A DNA stretch of 64,000 nucleotides from Cyanophora paradoxa CCMP329 (taxonomy: Eukaryota > Plantae > Glaucophyta), in contig QPMI01000022.1 of NCBI GenBank assembly GCA_004431415.1, forward strand, positions 124,001 through 188,000, in the 5' to 3' direction. Both the position numbers and the translations under genes were made by a program. Under the pieces are notes generated by a model. The model made no database searches. It was not told where the DNA came from and saw only the letters and a list, made by a program, of their open reading frames with translations. The stretch's first letter is position 1, and each line of letters begins with the position of its first letter. Positions 1 through 11,776 of the stretch are shown piece after piece.

Positions 1-1295
1 GTCGATGCGGCGGAGGAGCTCCTCGCTCGCCTCCAGCGCCGGCTCCGCCCGCCGCGCCCGCCGCGCCGGCCGCTCCTGCCCCCCGCCGGGCGCCTCGCCC
101 TCCCGCGCGCCGACGACCAGCGCCTCCAGGCCCGAGACGACGGCGGGGTCCAGAAAGGCTGCGGGGAGAAAGGAGGGAAGGCAGCGTCAGCGAGGGCGAG
201 GGCGAGGGCGAGGGCGCTGCCGGCGGGCCGCGCCGCGCACCGAGAAGGGGCGGACTCGCGTTGCGCTGAGCGACCGCGCGGGCGGCGCGCTCGAGCGGCG
301 CGGCGGGGTCTTCATCGTGGTGAGGCGCCTGAGCGAACGCGGCGCTCACGCCGCAGAGCCATCGCTCCGAGAAGGAGGAGGGGCCTCGAGCGCCGTCGGG
401 CTGCGTGGACGACTCGGCGCCCGGGCTCGAGCTCGCGCCCCCCTCGCTGGACGAGTCCAGCAGCGACGGCATCGAGGTGGGCGAGCTCGTCGACGGGCCG
501 CGGTCGGACAGGGCCGCCCCGAGCGGGGACAGGCCTCCGGGGGACGGCGCCCCGGCGGGTCCGGAGGCTTTTAGGCGGAACACGAGGCGGGCACCCGCGA
601 GCGGCGCGCCGTCCTCCGCCCGCCTAGCAGAGAGCTCCACTTCGTGCTGAGAACCCGAGAAGCTGCGCGCGCAAAGGCAGGCGGTCAGCAGGATTCGCTC
701 GCGCGGGCGGGCGGGGGTTCGCGTTCGCGTTCGCGTTCAAGGCGGGGGGCGCAGATGACCTGAAGGGGCCGACGCTGCCGTCCTTGCCAGCTAAGAGGTA
801 CAAAGCCCAGTCGGCAGACTGCCGCCGCGGTGCTCGATAAGCGGCCGGGCGCTCCGCGTACGTTTCGGCGCGGCGCGCGGGGCGTGTGCTACGGCGGCGT
901 GCCGCGCACCTGCGCGGCAGTGCTGCTCGCACTCAACTTGCTCGCTGACAGCAAGATGCTTGTTCCAGCGAGTGCGGCCGCATCGGGGAAGCGCAGCCTG
1001 CGAAATTAGCCGGTCATGACCATCGATCGGTGGCGCAGCGCAACGCGCAGACCAGTGCAGTTGACCGGCCACTGTGTTAAAGAAAAGCGCGCTTGTTGCA
1101 GAAGCATCCTCAACCTCTGTGGAAGCGTCCACCTTCTCAAAGACGGGGCCGTCGGCAAGTCCACACGCCTCCGATCTGCCAGATTGATGCCGTTCGGGAA
1201 CGCCGGCGTAACGCAGTGGTCGAAACGCGCATACGCACGACGGCGGCCGCCCCTGCGCCCTTGGCGCCAGACGAAGCACGCTGATCATCGGTCAT
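1..1295 (-). CDS. Hypothetical multi-exon protein, 3' end runs off the window; beta-rich (possibly C2-like) N-terminus followed by a Ser/Pro-rich region
   Basis: Minus-strand segments join at GT..AG boundaries: EKVDASTEVEDASATSALFFNTVAGQLHW|LRFPDAAALAGTSILLS, ADWALYLLAGKDGSVGPFS|FSGSQHEVELSARRAEDGAPLAGARLVFRL, and ALEASEELLRRID at the window edge. Start codon uncertain; family not recognised. Confidence 0.4.
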
Positions 1296-1969
1296 CGGAG
1301 AACGCGATGCGCGGCTGGTTCGCGGCAATTGCCCCCATGGCCAGTTCGCGAGCTGCGGCCAGACTCCTGCTGCTGATGTTGACGTCCTGCCCCAGTTCGG
1401 CAACTATAGCCAGTTCGGCAACTATACTGATGATAGCCAGCCAGACTCCTGCTGCTGATGCGCTCGTATGGGCCGATGGGCTGCAGCTTGCGTCACTTGC
1501 GGCGGCAATGCGGCCCTGAGGCCGGGTACAGTGGCGATCTCGAGAATTCGATCCACGCGTATATACGTACGTACGCGCACGCGAATCCGTATACGTACGC
1601 GTATACCAGTATATGTGCGCATGCAACGTCAACTGCCCGGCGGCGCCGGCCGGCGCCGACCATGCTGCAACTGCCGCAGTACTAGTGCGAACAGCTCATG
1701 AACTGCGCTGCAGTGCGATCTGTATACGTACACACAGCTGATGAATTCGAACTGCCATGAATCGATCATCGGATATCGGAATCGATTTGCGAGACGGAGC
1801 CAAGACGCGCGCGGGAGCCGCCCCCCAAGCAGATGATATCGTTCATATCGGAATCGATTTGCCAGCTGCAGAGATCGATCGACGAGGCCCCATGGCCATT
1901 TGCGTGGCCAGCCGCAGGGGGCACGCTGTCAGGCAAACTTGCCAACGTTGAAAGCTTAAGCCTTGAAGG

Positions 1970-3889
1970 TCAGAAGAGGAGGCCGCCGCCGAGGGCCCCC
2001 AGGCCGAGTGCGCCGATGATCAGCGCCGCGCTCTTGATGCCGGCGTTCGGGTCCCGCTGCGATAATCAAACGTGAGCGCGAGCGCCTGTACATGTGCTGT
2101 GGGTGAAATATGCATCTGGAACTCGAGCGAAATTAAAAGAGAGCTATAAAGCTGATAAGGAAGCTGACTCCAAACTAACAGGCAGAGCTTTAGATCTAAG
2201 AGAGCTCTTTTTTAGGCGCACGAGGGGCCGGTTGCCGGCGGCGAGCTTGAAGCGGCGGAAGGCCATCACGAAGACGTCGCGCTCCAGGGGCGACGAGAGC
2301 ACCATCATAGCCCTGGGATCAGGTGAGGCCGGCCCGAGGCCCGGGCTCAGGCTCAGGCGATGCGCACCGGGCCTGCCCGGCGACGAGCATGAACTCGTTC
2401 GGCACCGTCGGCGACGGCTGGACCTGGAGGGGGGTGGGGGGGTCAGGGCGGCCGGGGTACAGGCGCTCTAGATGCGGAGGGCGGGGCGGGCGCACGTCGG
2501 CGGACATGAAGGGGAGCCGCGCCTCGGGCTGCCGTGGGCGCCGGGGGTCAGATCAGATCAGATCAGATCAGATCAGATCAGATCAGATCAGATCAGATCT
2601 GAGCCGGGGGCGCCCACCTTCTGCAGCTTGATCCGCTCGAAGTTGAGGTTGATGGGCCGCGGGGCGAGCTGGCCGTTGGCCACCCGCTGCTGGCACTGCG
2701 GGCGGCGCTCAGGGCGCGGTGGGCCGCGCGCGCGAGAAGCGAACGAAGCCGAGGGGGCGCACGTTGAAAGAGGCGGTCCCGCTCGAGACCATCCTGCGCA
2801 CGGTGGGCATTGCAAGTTACATTGCGCCTAGAAAGGTTCTAGAAGAGAAGCCGCGCACCGGTCGACGGCGGCGACTAGGGCGGGGTCCAGGGGGATGGCC
2901 CCCAGGTCGAAGTAGGCCGGCGGCGCCGCCCGCTGCCCCGCCGCGTTCATGAAGCTCACCTGAGATCGAATGTCAGATTCCGTTAACGTTGAGGGATCGA
3001 ATTCGACTCGAACTCGCGGGCGCGCCTCGCAGCGGATGAAACGGCCCATGTCGTCGCAGCTGGGTACGTAGAGGGGCCCGACTCCGAAGGGGACGGGCTG
3101 GTACCCCGCCGCGTCCCCGCGGGACCACGCGATCCCGACGGTGTTGTTTCCTACGAACTTGGGGTTGCACTCGACGCGCAGAGGCTCGCCCCGCGCCACG
3201 CGGCCCACGATCCTGCGCGGGCCACGCCACTCAGCGGCTGGCAGGCGCGGCTGAGGGGGGCGGGGCCCGGGGACTCGCCTGACGGGTACATCTGCCTCGA
3301 AATCCTTCTTCAGACCGAAGAACTCCCGAACGCTGCGCGCGCGCTCGCGTCGGCATCCGCGGCAAGGCTTGCGGCGGGCCAGCTGCCAGGCGGCCGACGC
3401 GCGGCGGCGCAGCGGCGTCATCCCCCCGAATCTCTCGACCACGCAGATCTATACATGAATTAGATGTAGGGCAGCCGCGCTCCCCGCACGCAGTCCGGGG
3501 CGGCCGCGGGCGAGCGCGTCCGCTGCGGCCGGCCCAACGCTTCGCGGAACGCTGTTGCCGAGCGCACCTGTCGAACAGCGACGGTTCCTGCGCGCCGACG
3601 CCCAACGTCAGACACGGCGGGCGGCGCATGCGCCGTGCAGTCTAGCTTGGGCGGCCCGGCGAGGTAGCAGGGAAAGGTCGGTTCGGCGAGGTGAGCGCAG
3701 CGTCGGCAATAATGGCCGAGCTACGGCTACAGCGCGGAGCCAGAGAGACGCCTACGTGGGCAGGCCAAAGGTGCACGAGGTGGCGCAACGCACCTCAACG
3801 GCCGCAGCGCCGACCCGCGTTTGGTACACAGACGCAGAGGCCGCGGGCTGGGCCTTGCTGGCGCCAAGCTTCTCGCTGCCGGGCTTCAT
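1970..3889 (-). CDS. SCAB/AIR9-like Ig domain + PH-like domain protein with C-terminal hydrophobic tail
   Basis: Spliced product reads IVGRVARGEPLRVEC..VGIAWSRG..PLYVPSCDDMGRFIRCE|VSF..GAIPLDPALVAAVD (Ig, AIR9/SCAB-type 'W-x-R...Y-x-P-x-x-x-D-x-G-x-x-I'), then INLNFERIKLQK..LQVQPSPTVPNEFMLV..MMVLSSPLERDVFVMAFRRF (PH C-terminal helix). The last exon RDPNAGIKSAALIIGALGLGALGGGLLF* stops at 1970-1972. The 5' end (ATG 3889) is tentative. Confidence 0.6.
2549..2599. repeat. (GATCA)n pentanucleotide microsatellite in an intron
   Basis: About 10 perfect CAGAT units. Shorter copies occur at ~12606-12625, ~40293-40321, ~42748-42770 and ~53297-53330. Confidence 0.9.
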
Positions 3890-4060
3890 TGCTGGAGACC
3901 AGTCGAGGACGTGCGCCTCGCACTCGTGCTGGAAAGGATTTCCACGCTCTACTAGCTCAAACCCCGTAGGGCTGCGTGCACTGGGGCGACTGCAGCGGGC
4001 CCGAGAGCCTTGGCCGAAACGTCGCGTACCCCCCACACTTCGCTTGGCGCTCGCGGCGCG

Positions 4061-6880
4061 ATGGCCGACGACCCAGAAGCAACTGTGGCCGGCGAGATGG
4101 CGGATGTTATCGCAGCAGTCAAGCGGGATGATGCATCGCTTACTTCCGTGGAGTGCGGGTTCAGCAAGCTCGAGGACGGGGACGTCCAGCGCCTCGCAGC
4201 CGCGCTGCGGGACAATTCGCAGGTCACCAACCTGAAGCTGGAAGGAAACGAGGCGCGTATAGCGAGGAGGGACCGCGGGATGAGCTGTGCTGAATCATGA
4301 GTCCCTCGCAGATCCACGATGCGGGCTGCACTGCGATCTGTGAGGTTCTAGTCAACAATGGCTCCGTGAAATTGCTGGACCTCAGCCACAATCACGTTGG
4401 CTTGTCCGGTTCGTCCTCCGTGATTGCCTCCCGGCACGCGCGGGCCTCCCTCGCCGCTCTCCGACCGAGGCTATTCGCAGGCGCCCAGTCGCTGGCGCGT
4501 GTCCTCACGGCGAACTTCTCCCTTACGACGCTGCAGCTGGATGGGAACTCGATCCGAGACGAGGGTGCCGCGACCATCGCCGCAGCGCTAGCGGAGAATG
4601 CCATTCTGGAGACTCTTACGATGGAGAACAATAGCATCGGCGAGATCGGAGCAAGCGCAATCAGCGACGCCCTGAAGGTCAACACGACTCTCACCAAGCT
4701 GTGCCTCAAGGACAATATCCTCGAGGACACAGGGGCGAGCCACATCGCGGAGGCGCTCAAGGTTCGTTCGAACCGCTCTGCGGGACACTAGCTCGCACTA
4801 GTGCTCGTCGAAGCGGCCGCCAACGGTCCTTATGTTGGTTTCTTACCTGCTCTCCGCAGGTCAACGGGAAGCTGCTTTACGTAGATCTGCGCAACAATCG
4901 CATCGAGGATGAGGGGCTGTGCCACCTTGCCATCGGCATTGCGATGAGCCGGGCGCCCTTCGAGGTCGTGGACCTGCAGACGAACCTGTGCGGGCAGCGC
5001 GGGTTCAAGGCGATTCAGTCCGCGATGAAGAAGAAGTCTTCTACCGACATTCGCATCACATACGACGGTCCGTTGCCGCCGCCCGCGCCCCGAGCTACTT
5101 CCTCTGATGGCCGGTCGCGCAGAGGAGCAGGCAAAGGAGTGGGCGAAGAACCCGCCTCGGAAACAGAAGCGGGAAGAGGTCCCCGACGTGCCGAACAGCC
5201 CCGTGCGCACGCAGCTAAAGCTAAAAGAGGTCGGGGCCCGCCGGCTGATCCCCTGCGCAGGAGGAGGCGCTCGCCGACGCGCTGATGTACTCCGCGAGTA
5301 GCAACGAGGACGAGATGAAGCAGGTGCTTTCTTTCCCTTACGAGCGAGCGAGCGTGCTCTCCTTTCGCTCACGCGCTGCGCCCGCCCGCGTCGCAGATGA
5401 TGGGTGAGGACGAGATCCTTGAGGACTTCGCGGAGGGCTTGCCGGCGACCGAGCCCGACGCAAAGCTCGGCGCGCGGCTCAACCGCATCCTGAACGTCCT
5501 GCAGACGGCAGTCACGGGCCAGAACCAGGTCCGGCCCGGCCGGCCTCCGTCGCCCCGCGCCCTCAAACCCACGGGCCGCCCCAGGACACGGGCAAGGACA
5601 TCAAGCCAGACGACCTCCCGCCCGTCATCAAGCGCATCTTCCAGCGCGTCGATGACCTCCTCCCCGCCCTCCGCAAGCCGCCGGCGCGTCCCCCTTTCTT
5701 TCACCCCACCAGCCGTGCACCGCGCCGCCCACGTCGAGCCGAGCTGACGGGCGAAGCAGACGCCGAACGACGTGACGCTGTCGTGGGGCCAGCTTACGCC
5801 GCGGCTCGGCTCGACGCGGATGCGCGCCGTCGAGGTCCTCGCCTGCCTGATGCGCACGGGCTACTACTGCATCCTGGAGAAGTTCCTGCAGCCCGGCCAC
5901 GTCGTCGAGATCTGCCTCGTGCGCCGCCCAGCTAGCCTCTAGCTTAGCTCAGCTCTGCCTAGCTCAGCTGGCTCGGCGCACTCCCGCACTCCCGCGCGCC
6001 AATATGATGAGACCAATCGCAAAACCTCGTACTAAGTTTCTGATCCATTGTGATCGACTCCTTTACTCTTGCAACTGATCCTCCGCTGGACTAGCATCGC
6101 GTCCTAGCCCCTGGCCCATCGTTGTCATGCTTGCTAACCTCCTCTCCTCTTCCTTTCCGCAGGACCTTTTCTTCCAGTTCTTCTGGAACAACACGCTGCA
6201 CCACGTTGTGGAGGAGATGGTCTACATGTACCTCAACGGCGAGAGCTCCGACCTCCGGCCCCCGGTACTCTCCTCCTCTCTTTCCTCTTTCTTTCGTTCC
6301 CTTCTGAGCCCTCTCCTTTCCTGCAGATCCTGACCAAGTTCCGCCTCATCGAGCGCATCCTGGACGCGCACGAGCAGGCGGAGCGCGACTGGGTGCTCCA
6401 CGTGACGCCCCACAAGGGCAAGGGCGGCGAGACGGAGGTCAGCCTGAGCATCAACTCGGCCGACGTGGAGGAGAAGGTCGGCCACAAGATGTGCGTACCC
6501 GTCCCGCTTCGTTTCCTCTACCCCCCTCCCACCTCATCGCCCCGGCCCCGCCGACGCGCCGCCGCAGCGCCCCGCCGAAGATCCACCGGCGGGGGTACAT
6601 GGGCCACGTCTTCCGCATCGCCAACTCAATCGTGACGGCGGCGAGCAAGTACCCCGAGGTCGAGGCGGCCCTCGCCGGTTCGCCGCGTACCCCCTCCCCC
6701 CAGCCGCGCCCGTACCCCCCTCACGCCGCGCCCCCGCGCAGAGAACGAGGAGTGGCACGAGTTTGTCCGCGAGAAGCTGAAGGAGGTGAACGAGCAGCAG
6801 ACGATGCTCATCGGGGGCGAGCCGCCCCAGCGCAACGCCGCCCCGGAGCTCGGCTCGCAGGACTGGGCCAACTGGATAGC
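4061..6880 (+). CDS. RNI-like leucine-rich repeat protein fused to the C-terminal part of a SAPS (SIT4-associated / PP6 regulatory subunit) domain
   Basis: N-terminal 28-aa LRRs (LKLEGNE|IHDAG, LDLSHNHVG, LQLDGNSIRDEG, LTMENNSIGEIG, LCLKDNILEDTG, VDLRNNRIEDEG). C-terminal SAPS signatures PRLGSTRMRAVEVL, DLFFQFFWNNTLHHVVE, LIERILDA, RRGYMGHVFRIAN and EEWHEFVREKLKEVN. The middle exons and exact stop are uncertain (stop ~6880-7050). Confidence 0.8.
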
Positions 6881-7051
6881 GTGCGCCCGTGTAGTTAATC
6901 TAATAAAGGATCTTAAGATCCTTTAAACAATCTCCTTTTTAGCTAATAACGCACCTCGGCGTCGGCCTCGTCCCGCGGGGGCGACGAGAGCTCCGAGAGC
7001 GCCCTTCTGATGAGGCCCCCGCAGGCTCGCGCTATCGTCCTTCTCGCTGAC

Positions 7052-7083
<32 letters not shown>

Positions 7084-7563
7084 CGGGCAGCCTCGGCGGC
7101 GGCCTTGGCGCCTCCATTGGCGGCGGCTGAGGAGTCGAGCCCGTAGAGATTCTCGTACCTCGGCCCGCCGCTCACCCGCCTTTTTCCCTCTCCCATATAT
7201 TCAGCCCGCTGCCGCTCGCCCGCCGCCCGCCGCCCGCTGCTCGCCCGACAGCCCACGTCTCCCCGCCCGCTTTCCGCCCCATCCCCCACCCCCCACCTTT
7301 CTCCCCCACCGCCCCCCTCCCGCGCTCTCAAGTACAGATTTAGACCCGGTTTTTGTATGGCAGGGGCCTAGGCGCATTTTGATTCAATCGGCCCGCAAAC
7401 AAAACACAAACGCGAGCGTGTCGTACTAGGGGACTATCATAGAATAGCATAGTTGGCTACCTCGAAAAGCAATGCATTGAATCGAAGCCCAAGACGGGCC
7501 CTACTAACTAACTAACTAACTAGGCCAACTCCGGATCCGGCCGCCCCAGCTGCCGCCTACGAG

Positions 7564-10500
7564 CTACCCCTCCCCGCCCTCCTCCTTCGGCGGGAGCGGA
7601 GGGGGTGCCTGGACCTGGACGATGATGGTGGATGGGGGGGGCTGGGAGCTGGAGGCGGGCGCGGGGGCCGGGGCGGGGGCCGGGGCGGGGGCCGGGGCGG
7701 GCGCGGGCGCGGGGGCAAAGGCGGCGGCGGCGGCAGCGACGGCGGTGGCGACGGGGATGGGGGCGGAGCGGGAGCGCATGAGGCCGGAGGCGGTCCGCCG
7801 GAGCGTGCGGGGAGCTCCACCGGAGCGTCGAAGTAGGCGGCCCACGCGTGGCGGGCGCCTTCCTCGGGCGCCCCGCGCTCCAGGAGCGCGCGGAGGGCCA
7901 AGGGGTGCCGCCCTCGGCCGCGGCGCGCGCGGCGCGGGCGAGCCGCTCGAGGTCGCGGGCGGCGGCGCCGCCCTCCCGCTCCACAGCGTCAAGGAGGAGG
8001 AGGATCATCTCCGCGTCGCCGTTGGCCGCGGCGCTGAGGAGCGCGTCGCCCTGCGCCGCGCAGCGGGCGGAGACGGCGCGCCCGAGGCCCGGCCTGCTCC
8101 GCGCCGAGGCCGCGGAGCGGAGGACGGAGCGGGTGCTGGGCGCCGACGAGAGGACGAGGGACGGGGCGCAGAGGAGCTCGTCGAGGGAGAAGGTCGCGAT
8201 CTCGGCGACGTCGGGGAGGTCGAGGGGCGGGGCGCCCGGCTCGCCCAGGACGGTGAAGTCCAGCCGGGGCGAGGCCACGCCCGAGGTCGTTGGCAGGGGC
8301 GTCGGCGCCTGCGGAAAAGCTCGCAGAGTCAGCGAGTGGGCCGGAAGGGACGATCTCGGGCACGGGCCGGCTCCATCAGCCAGTTACTACACGCTTCAAA
8401 GGAACGAACTCCTTCCAGTTATAAAGTGAGGATAAACATGGATCGAATCTTATAATCTTAGGTGAGGATCGGGCCCGGGCCCGGGCGCTGGCTCGGGTCT
8501 TATAAGCTCGGGCCCGGGCTCGGGCTCGCCGAATCTTATGGTCTTCTAGTTAAAGCAATATCGATCGAGCAGCGCGGGCTCGCCTGGCGTGTGAAGTCTT
8601 CTAGTCTTCTAGTCTTACATTTGATCGAATCTTAAAGTCTTCCAGTTAAAGTTATAGGGTCGGGCTGGCTCGCCTGGCGGGTGAAGTCGGCGTCGTGGAC
8701 GCGGGCGCCCATCTCCTGGAGGAGGCGCCGGTCCAGCTCCGTCGTGCAGAAGACCCGCCCGTCGTCCAGCTGCACCTCCGACCTGCGAGCGCGCGGGCTT
8801 AAGGGACATCTCTAGCTCATATTTGTCGGGTACAAAAGGTCAGGTCTCAGGTCTAGCGGCTTCAAGCCGCCGCCGTTCGTGAAGGCCGCGGGCTTGAGGG
8901 ACGTCTCTAGCCCATGATCGTCGGTCTCAAGTCTTTAAGACGGCCCGGCTTTGCAGTCATCTCCCACTGGTACTAGTTGGTACGGGTACGGGTACGCACT
9001 GTGCGGGCCAGCAGACGCCGGCCTCGACGCGGGCAGCGGAGGCGAAGGCCAGGGGGGGCGTCCCCTCGAAGAGCTCGACCTGAGGACGCGGGGCGGGGCG
9101 CCGTCAGTCGGTCGGTCGGTCGGCCACCGAGAAGGGGAAGGCGCGGCTAGAGGAGGGCGCGTGGAAGGGACAGGCCCGAAGGCAGCTGCGGCGCTCTGCC
9201 GCCTATCGATCTGGGCGGTGCTCCCTCCCCGATCTCTGCCTGACCCTCCCTCCCCGCCGTGAAGTGCTTCTATCGATCTCTGCCTGACCGCCCCTCCCCG
9301 CCGCCTGTGCTCCCCTCTGTCCGCCCGCCCGCCCCTCGCCGGCCCGCGCACCTTGGCCCAGAAGGCGCCGCCGCGCTCGAAGTCGACGGCGAGGGCGCCG
9401 CGCCCGCCCTCCGAGGCCACGTCGAAGACGCGGCCGTCGGAGAGGTACAGACGGAACGAGAAGCCAGCCACGTCCTCGGCCCTAAGAACGTAGCGAGTTG
9501 AGAAAAGGGTGGGGCGGGGCGGGTCAGGTGAGGCGGACCTGTTGGCGGCGAAGCGGAAGTCGACGCGGGAGCCGGCGATGGGGGCGCCCCCCGGCGCCGG
9601 GCTCTCGATCGAGGCCGTGCCTGTTTCTCTTATGAGGGGGGGGGACGAGGAGGAGGGGTACGCGCACAGAAGACGACGCGGGCGTGGAGGTTCTCGGGTG
9701 GGGCGCCGTTCGCGGTCAGGTGAAGGGCGTAGGCCCCCTCTGGCATGCACACGTCGAAGGTCTGAGGCGAGTCGGGTCAGGTTCAGGTGAGCGCGGGTCG
9801 GGTTCGGGTTCAGGTTCAGGTGAGCGGGGGGGTACCTGGCAGTAGAGGCCGTCCTCGAGCGGCTCGGCGATGAGCGTGCGCGGCGTGAGCATCGTCAGGG
9901 GCGCCGCGGCCGCGGCCGCCCTGGCGCCGAGAACGTTAAGAAGGAAAGCGGCGGCGCGGGGGAGAACGGCACGGCACGCACGGGACGAGCGCGCCGGCGA
10001 CGGTGAGGTCCTTCGTGCGGGCAGACTGCGTCTGCGGCGAGGCCGGTTCGATTCCGGAGGGAGCCCGGAAAGCCGGGGCGGGCGCGGGCGCGCGCGCCTG
10101 GGACAGCACGGCCTGGAGATAGGCCCTGTGGTTCGCGGGGAAGTAGGAGCGGACTAGGAAGACGTCTGCGCGGCTCAGACGGCTCAGACGGCTCGGCTCG
10201 GAGGGCTCGGTTCGGACGGATCGGTTCGGGGAGGGGGGTACGCGCACATTGGATGACGGGCTCGTCGCGATCGCGATCGGGGTACAGCTGCTCGATGCAG
10301 ACGCGGTCGGGCCCCGGGGCGGGCGGCTCGGGCAGGGCCAGAATCTCGCCGTGCGGGTCGCCGCGATGCCTCCGCGACTCTGCGAACGAAGTGAGGGTAA
10401 GGCGTGCGAACGAAGGACGCCGGCGGGGTACGAGCGAGAAGGCGGCGGGTACGCGCCGCGGGCTTCGGGGTCCAGATCCCGCTGGCTCTGGCCCCCCCGC

Positions 10501-11483
10501 ATCCGCTTTCCGGTACCCCAGTCGTGCCGGGCGACGGTGAGGATCCCCGTGATCGTGACGGTCCACGGCGCGAAGGCAGGATCCGGGTCCCTGCCTCTTC
10601 GTCAGGCAGGCTCCGGGGCGCGCGAGCGAGCGCGCGGCGCCGCTGAGCTTTCGCGGGACGCACTCGGACCGGAGGCGAAGGCCGAGGTTGCCTGCGGCGA
10701 AAACGAGCGCGTTTGGCGAGGCGCGCGGGACGGGGCGCTCGGGGCGGGTTCGAGGCGAGGAACTGACCGCCCACGCGGCGCGAGAGCGGGACGATCCGGC
10801 AGTCCAGGTCGCCGGAGCTCCAGCCGCGACCCGGGCGCGCCGAAACCTCGATAACGACCGGCCCGCCGTTGAAGTTGTCGGCACCCATCCACCTGCGCGG
10901 CTCGCGGGCTCATCACCGGCGATCGCGCAACGGAGCGGCAACCGCGGACCGCTGGAACGGGACAACATCGCGGTCCTGATTCTGCTGCTTCACGCTGAAT
11001 GTATCCAGGGGCTCCCCGGAGGGATCTGCGCGCGCGTTTCACGGAAAGAGCCAGCTCATACGAGTCTGAGTCTCACCCAGCATCTCGCAAAGGAGCGACG
11101 GCGGAGGGGTTGGCGCGTTCTTTCCGACTTCAGGGTCAAAGTCTATCTCGACCCGGAGGGTCACGCGCTTGCTCTGCGACCGCATGATGCGGGAGTCGGA
11201 ACCCGAAGATACGCGTGCTGCACCTGGATGCCTAAAACAGCAAAGGTTACTACGAAGAATCAGGGAACAAAAGCAGCAACCGCACCTCCAACGAAGAACA
11301 CCTCATCGGTCTGCTGGTTTCGATGCTCCCTGCGCGCCAGCTGCTCGTAAGCCGCGTGGGGTTGGATGAGCGGGGGCCGCACGAGTAGAGAGTGGCCCGG
11401 AGTGTGGCGCCAGTCAGCCGCGTCTCGCCCGAAATGGCGTAGCGCATCCGGCGGCCGGTGTTTCCGGGAAGAACTCCGGCCAT
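7564..11483 (-). CDS. Hypothetical multi-exon protein with C-terminal ankyrin-like repeats and Pro/Ala tail (may be two genes)
   Basis: Chain of short exons with GT/GC..AG ends (e.g. DPSGEPLDTFSVKQQNQ, WMGADNFNGGPVVIEVS, TFDVCMPEGAYALHL, YVLRAEDVAGFSFRLYLSDGRVFDV, SEVQLDDGRVFCTTELD). Terminal exon has DALLSAAANGDAEMILLLLD and AARAAAEGG..ALRALLERGA (ankyrin-like), with an apparent frameshift near 7900. Confidence 0.45.
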
Positions 11484-11776
11484 CTCCAGCTCTTTGGCGC
11501 CCGCCAGCGCGGAAATCTCGGATTAATCGTTTAACGATGCTCCGCGGTCCTGTCTAGCACCACGGCGACGTGGCCCGACTTCTACTACCTCGGCAACTTG
11601 TACCCCCCAACCTGCTACCTGACTTGGCAGACTCAGTCTGAGCTTCAGCCATGGCTAGGGCGAGGCGTGCCAGCCGGCCGCACCCATCCTCGCACCGGCA
11701 GATATCCTAGCCGACCAGGTCCCCAGCACGTGCACGGCGCGCCCCAGGCCCGCCGCAGCCGGTAACCGATCGCGCG

